Shown piece after piece: positions 41,521-45,143 of a DNA stretch of 45,143 nucleotides. The DNA lies in contig JBGQLA010000001.1 in the NCBI GenBank assembly GCA_041499865.1, positions 1 through 45,143 on the forward strand, read 5' to 3'. Every line of letters starts with the position of its first letter. The first letter of the stretch is position 1. A program made the translations under genes and the position numbers. The notes under the pieces were generated by a model that saw only the letters and a program-made list of their open reading frames with translations, searched no databases and was not told the DNA's origin. The stretch is from Deltaproteobacteria bacterium (GTDB lineage Bacteria > Myxococcota > Myxococcia > Myxococcales > 40CM-4-68-19).

Positions 41521-43161
41521 ATGCAAGGCCTGATGATGAACGCCCCGCTGCTGATCTCGTCGCTGATCCGGCACGCAGACCGATTCCACGGCGACACCGA
41601 GATCGTCTCGCGCACGATCGAAGGCCCGATGCATCGCTATACGTATCGCGATCTGCATCGCCGCGCCCGCCAGCTCGCCAACGCGCTCGGGGCTCTTGGC
41701 GTCAAGACCGGCGAGCGCGTGGCGACGTTGGCCTGGAACGGTTACCGGCATCTGGAGGCGTTCTACGGCATCTCCGGCAGCGGCGCCGTGATGCACACCG
41801 TCAATCCACGACTGTTCCCGGAACAGATCGCGTACATCGCGAACCACGCCGAAGATGCCTATCTGTTCTTCGATCTGACCTTCATGCCGCTGATCGAGAA
41901 ACTCGCACCTGCCCTCAAGACGATGAAGGGCTATGTGCTGATGACCGACAAGGCGCACATGCCGAAGAGCGCGGTTCCCAATCTTGTCTGCTACGAAGAC
42001 CTGATCAACGCGCATTCCGACGACTACCAGTGGCCCGAATTCGACGAGCGCACCGCTTCCTCGCTGTGCTACACCTCGGGCACCACTGGCAATCCCAAGG
42101 GCGTGCTGTATTCGCATCGTTCGACGGTGATCCACGCCTACGCCGCAGCGCTCCCCGACTCGCTGAACATATCGGCGCGCGATGTCATGCTGCCGGTGGT
42201 TCCGATGTTCCACGCCAACGCCTGGGCCTTGCCCTATACCTGCGCGCTGGTGGGAGCGAAGATGGTGCTGCCCGGCGCGCAGCTCGACGGCAAGAGCCTC
42301 TGCGAGCTGTTCGAGTCGGAGCGCGTGACCGTGTCGGCCGGCGTGCCTACCGTGTGGCTCGCACTGCTGCAGTACATGGATCAGAACAAGCTCAAGTTCA
42401 GCACGATGAACCGCACCGTGATCGGCGGCTCGGCGTGTCCGCCTGCCATGATCCGTGCCTTCCAGGAAAAGCACGGCGTCCAGGTGCTGCACGCGTGGGG
42501 CATGACTGAAATGAGCCCGCTCGGCACGGTGTCGACCTTCAAGGCCAAGCATCTGCCGCTTCCCCCGGAAAGTCGCTACGCGCTGCAGAAGAAGCAGGGC
42601 CGCCCGGTCTACGGCGTGGACATGAAGATCGTCGACGGGGAAGGCAAGGACCTGCCGTGGGATGGCAAGGCATTCGGCGATCTGCTGGTGCGCGGCCCCT
42701 GGATCTCCAACGGATATCTCAAGGGCGAAGGCGGCAATCCGCTGCGCAACGATGCCGAAGGCCTCGAATGGTTCCCGACTGGCGATGTCGCCACCATCGA
42801 TCCGGACGGGTTCATGCAGATCACAGACCGGTCGAAGGACGTCATCAAGTCCGGCGGCGAATGGATCAGCTCGATCGATCTGGAAAACACCGCGGTGGCC
42901 CACCCGGCGGTGGCCGAGGCGGCCGTCGTCTCCGTCCGGCATCCCAAGTGGGACGAAAGACCTCTGCTCGTGGTGGTAAGAAAGCAGGGCGCAGACCTCA
43001 CCAAGGAAGAGCTGCTCAAGTTCTTCGAAGGCAAGGTCGCGACCTGGTGGATTCCGGACGACGTGGTGTTCGTCGAGCAGCTCCCGCATACCGCGACCGG
43101 CAAGCTGCTCAAGACCAAGTTGCGCGAGGAGTTCAGCAACTACAAGTTGCCGACGGCCTGA
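41521..43161 (+). CDS. AMP-dependent acyl-CoA synthetase (FadD/DmdB-like medium/long-chain fatty-acid--CoA ligase)
   Basis: GAGGAGGAG upstream of ATG 41521. 546 aa: [45 protein letters not shown] (AMP motif), [48 protein letters not shown]. Confidence 0.9.
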   Translation: MQGLMMNAPLLISSLIRHADRFHGDTEIVSRTIEGPMHRYTYRDLHRRARQLANALGALGVKTGERVATLAWNGYRHLEAFYGISGSGAVMHTVNPRLFPEQIAYIANHAEDAYLFFDLTFMPLIEKLAPALKTMKGYVLMTDKAHMPKSAVPNLVCYEDLINAHSDDYQWPEFDERTASSLCYTSGTTGNPKGVLYSHRSTVIHAYAAALPDSLNISARDVMLPVVPMFHANAWALPYTCALVGAKMVLPGAQLDGKSLCELFESERVTVSAGVPTVWLALLQYMDQNKLKFSTMNRTVIGGSACPPAMIRAFQEKHGVQVLHAWGMTEMSPLGTVSTFKAKHLPLPPESRYALQKKQGRPVYGVDMKIVDGEGKDLPWDGKAFGDLLVRGPWISNGYLKGEGGNPLRNDAEGLEWFPTGDVATIDPDGFMQITDRSKDVIKSGGEWISSIDLENTAVAHPAVAEAAVVSVRHPKWDERPLLVVVRKQGADLTKEELLKFFEGKVATWWIPDDVVFVEQLPHTATGKLLKTKLREEFSNYKLPTA

Positions 43162-43179
43162 CACTCGCTCGGGCAACGG

Positions 43180-44202
43180 CTACTCGTACACCTTCTCATC
43201 GGCGGCCCCGGCTGCGTCTGCCTCGAAGTCGCGCTGTTGCGCAATGTCCCGGGTCGCGCGGCGCTCCTGGTACCACTCGGAGGCGGTGATGAGGGACATG
43301 ATCTCGTTGGTGCCCGTCCAGATGGACGCGAGCCGCAGGTCGCGGACGATGCGCTCCACGGGAAAGACGTCGGTATAGCCGATGCCGCCCATCACCTGCA
43401 TGGAGCGGTTGGCCACCCCCTGGCACGACTCGGTGACGAACTTCTTCGTCTCCGAGACGAGCCGCCGCAGCCTTCCGGGCTCGATGCCCGCCGCCGCGGC
43501 CCGGGCGGTCGCGTAGACCATCGCCCGCGACGCGTCGAGCAGCGTGGCCGCCTCCGCGACCTGGAAGCTGACCCCCTGGAACTGGTTGATCACCTGGCCA
43601 AAGGCCTTGCGCCGCGCCGTGTAGTCGGTGGCGATCTCCAGCGCCGGCCGGGCCGCGCCGATGGTCATGGCGGCGGTGCCGAGTCGCTCGGGCACCATCA
43701 TCGTGTCGAAGACCGCGGCGCCACCGTTGACCCGGCCGAGCACGTTCTCCTTCGGCACCTTCACGTCGCGGAAGGCGATGCGGCCCGCGCCTCCGCCGCG
43801 GCAACCCATCAGGCCGTAGAGATATTTCGTCTCCACTCCCGGCCCGCGGTCGACGATGAAGCAGGTGATCGCCTGGTGCGGCTTCGCGGCCGGATCGGTG
43901 CGGGCGTAGACGAGAAAATAGTCGGCCGCCTCGGCTCCGACGATGAACCGCTTGTGCCCGCTGAGGAGGAAGTGATCGCCGCGATCTTCCGCGACGGTGG
44001 TGGTGCCGAAGAAATCGGAGCCGCCCCGCGGTTCGGTCAGGCACTCGGCGGCGAAGATCTCGCCACGCAGCAGCGGCTTGACGTACCGCTCGCGCTGCGC
44101 GTCCGTCCCGTGCCGGACGATGGCGTCGCAGACCAACTCGGCGCCGACGCCGAAGACGCAGGCGAAGATGTAGCCGAGCGCGCCCACCTCCTCCATCACC
44201 AT
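43180..44202 (-). CDS. acyl-CoA dehydrogenase (N-terminus unresolved)
   Basis: 340 aa from ATG 44202: AECLTEPRGGSDF, FIVGAEAADYFLVYART, GGAAVFDTMMVPERL, QFQGVSFQVAE, GGIGYTDVFPVERIVRDLRLASIWTGTNEI. The in-frame upstream codons (to the stop at 44431-44433) still encode ...RYPKQWGGRGLDWVATC but contain no ATG/GTG/TTG. Confidence 0.8.
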   Translation of the reverse strand: MVMEEVGALGYIFACVFGVGAELVCDAIVRHGTDAQRERYVKPLLRGEIFAAECLTEPRGGSDFFGTTTVAEDRGDHFLLSGHKRFIVGAEAADYFLVYARTDPAAKPHQAITCFIVDRGPGVETKYLYGLMGCRGGGAGRIAFRDVKVPKENVLGRVNGGAAVFDTMMVPERLGTAAMTIGAARPALEIATDYTARRKAFGQVINQFQGVSFQVAEAATLLDASRAMVYATARAAAAGIEPGRLRRLVSETKKFVTESCQGVANRSMQVMGGIGYTDVFPVERIVRDLRLASIWTGTNEIMSLITASEWYQERRATRDIAQQRDFEADAAGAADEKVYE

Positions 44203-44253
44203 GCAGGTCGCGACCCAATCGAGCCCGCGGCCGCCCCATTGCTTCGGGTAGCG

Positions 44254-44283
44254 GACGCCGACGCCGCCGACGCCGCCGACGCC
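44254..44283. repeat. short GC-rich tandem repeat (GACGCC / GACGCCGCC units)
   Basis: GACGCC GACGCCGCC GACGCCGCC GACGCC. On the minus strand it encodes GVGGVGGVGV in the ACAD reading frame, upstream of the first usable start codon. Confidence 0.7.
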
Positions 44284-44462
44284 TTCGGCGTCCTCCGGAC
44301 GTCCGTCTGCGGAGTTCGTGGACGTGTAGGCGAATTCCGCAGAGGCGTTTCGCCCCAGCAGGAGGAGAGACGAGACAAAAGCGCCGGGTCTACGGGCACG
44401 AGACGGGCGGCATGCCGCTTGCTCAATTCCCTAGTCGAACATCCCAACCCGAGGAGAACGAG

Positions 44463-44873
44463 ATGAAGAGCAACTGGATCCTGAGTGGGGCGATCGCCGC
44501 CGCTCTGCTGACCCCCGCCGTGGCGCGCGCAGCGGAGGGCGAGCACATGGAGAAGCGTGGGCAGGCTCTGGAGAGCCGCGGCGCGGCGCTCAAGCAGAAG
44601 GCTGCCGCCGACGACGCGAAGGCCACCGAGTTGCGCAGCGAGGGCAAGAACAGGGCTGCTCGCGCCGAGGAGCGCGAGGCCGACCGCGAGGCCGCGCATG
44701 GCCAGCGGCTCGAGAAGCGCGGCGAAGCCCTCGAGCACAGGGGCGAGCGTGTTGAGAAGCGCGGCGAGCGGCGTGAGCGCCACGGCGAGCGGCTGGAGAA
44801 GCGCGCAGAGGCCCGCGAGGGCGCGAGCGCGGCACCGGCCAGTCCCGCCGTCCCGGCCTCGGCCTCGAAGTAG
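44463..44873 (+). CDS. secreted low-complexity protein with charged EKRG/ERRG repeats
   Basis: GAGGAG 6 nt upstream of ATG 44463. Signal MKSNWILSGAIAAALLTPAVARA, then MEKRGQALESRGAAL...LEKRGEALEHRGERVEKRGERRERHGERLEKRAEAREG and an A/P/S tail. Confidence 0.65.
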   Translation: MKSNWILSGAIAAALLTPAVARAAEGEHMEKRGQALESRGAALKQKAAADDAKATELRSEGKNRAARAEEREADREAAHGQRLEKRGEALEHRGERVEKRGERRERHGERLEKRAEAREGASAAPASPAVPASASK

Positions 44874-44898
44874 CCGGAAGCCATAGCCGCAATGCCAG

Positions 44899-44937
44899 GT
44901 GGCCGCCGGGAGGGCTCGGCGGCCACTCTCGCTTTTT
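44899..44937 (+). terminator. rho-independent terminator
   Basis: Perfect 10-bp stem GTGGCCGCCG / CGGCGGCCAC with an 8-nt loop, followed by TCTCGCTTTTT. It starts 26 nt after the stop at 44873. Confidence 0.8.
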
Positions 44938-45143
44938 GACCAGCATGGGCAGGAGCGATGCGAAGCGGACCGGCTGTCAGGGTGCAGCAGGTCCGTTTGA
45001 CGATCCTTCTGCAGCGAGCCTACAAGCCGCCATGACCCTGTGTCTGCAAGCTCAGCGGGAAAGCGCTTGGACGCGGCCGAGTCTTGACAGCGCGTGCACG
45101 CAGCGTCTTTTCTTCGCCGCCCCGAATCACCGGGGAGAGGATC

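Noticed and set aside
44254-44830. Short tandem repeats (GACGCCGCC units; GAGAAGCGCGGCGA units) checked as possible CRISPR or VNTR arrays
   Set aside because: Units are 6-14 nt, contiguous or in-frame coding repeats without spacers of defined length. Not CRISPR-like.
45084-45143. TTGACA hexamer and GGGGAGAGG near the window end, possibly the promoter and RBS of a gene starting beyond the window
   Set aside because: No acceptable -10 element at 16-18 nt spacing, and the putative gene is outside the window. Cannot be supported.
1-45143. Search for tRNA, rRNA, transposase, integrase, phage structural or IS inverted-repeat signatures to explain the accessory block and the low-GC tracts
   Set aside because: Nothing recognisable was found in any frame or intergenic region. 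The absence is from visual inspection only and should be confirmed with tRNAscan/Infernal/ISfinder-type tools.

Overview
High-GC bacterial chromosomal segment; hand counts of typical 60-nt lines give about 70-75% G+C. I recognise about 38 protein-coding features and no rRNA, tRNA, CRISPR array, transposase or integrase. The gene content suggests a soil delta-proteobacterial or myxobacterial-like lineage (TSP3-repeat OmpA, VWA lipoprotein, TPR-type Ser/Thr kinase), but taxonomy cannot be settled from this window.

Layout:
- 1-9.7 kb: a TetR-controlled xenobiotic block. It holds an in-frame alpha/beta-hydrolase-glycosyltransferase fusion, a fluoroacetate-dehalogenase-like gene and a DhlA-like haloalkane dehalogenase. 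These are interleaved with a Ser/Thr kinase and several decayed gene stubs.
- 9.7-15.9 kb: POT transporter, OmpA, VWA lipoprotein, and a secreted helical-repeat protein.
- 15.9-22.9 kb: nitronate monooxygenase, MOSC, PD40-amidohydrolase, PaaI thioesterase, DUF3047, VOC.
- 23.0-25.6 kb: a four-gene, translationally coupled alkylation-repair operon, alkB / second 2OG oxygenase / ECF-like sigma / N-terminally extended Ogt.
- 25.8-31.2 kb: an accessory-looking block. It holds a 930-aa RelE/ParE-like + SF1 helicase + ankyrin protein, a 68-aa ORF, a frameshifted nucleotidyltransferase, an SNF2 N-terminal stub and a DUF2293 gene.
- 31.4-45.1 kb: AtoE transporter, two convergent paralogous large secreted hydrolase-like genes flanking three small genes, a DUF1214/DUF1254 pair, acyl-CoA synthetase, acyl-CoA dehydrogenase, and a secreted charged-repeat protein.

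Most noteworthy: the helicase-ankyrin/NTase operon is a candidate uncharacterised conflict system, and the sigma-Ogt coupling is a candidate alkylation sensor. Also of note are two lower-GC tracts, a pair of about 60-nt direct repeats, and an unusual density of frameshifts and truncated genes.

All family calls rest on motif recognition by eye. No database search was run.
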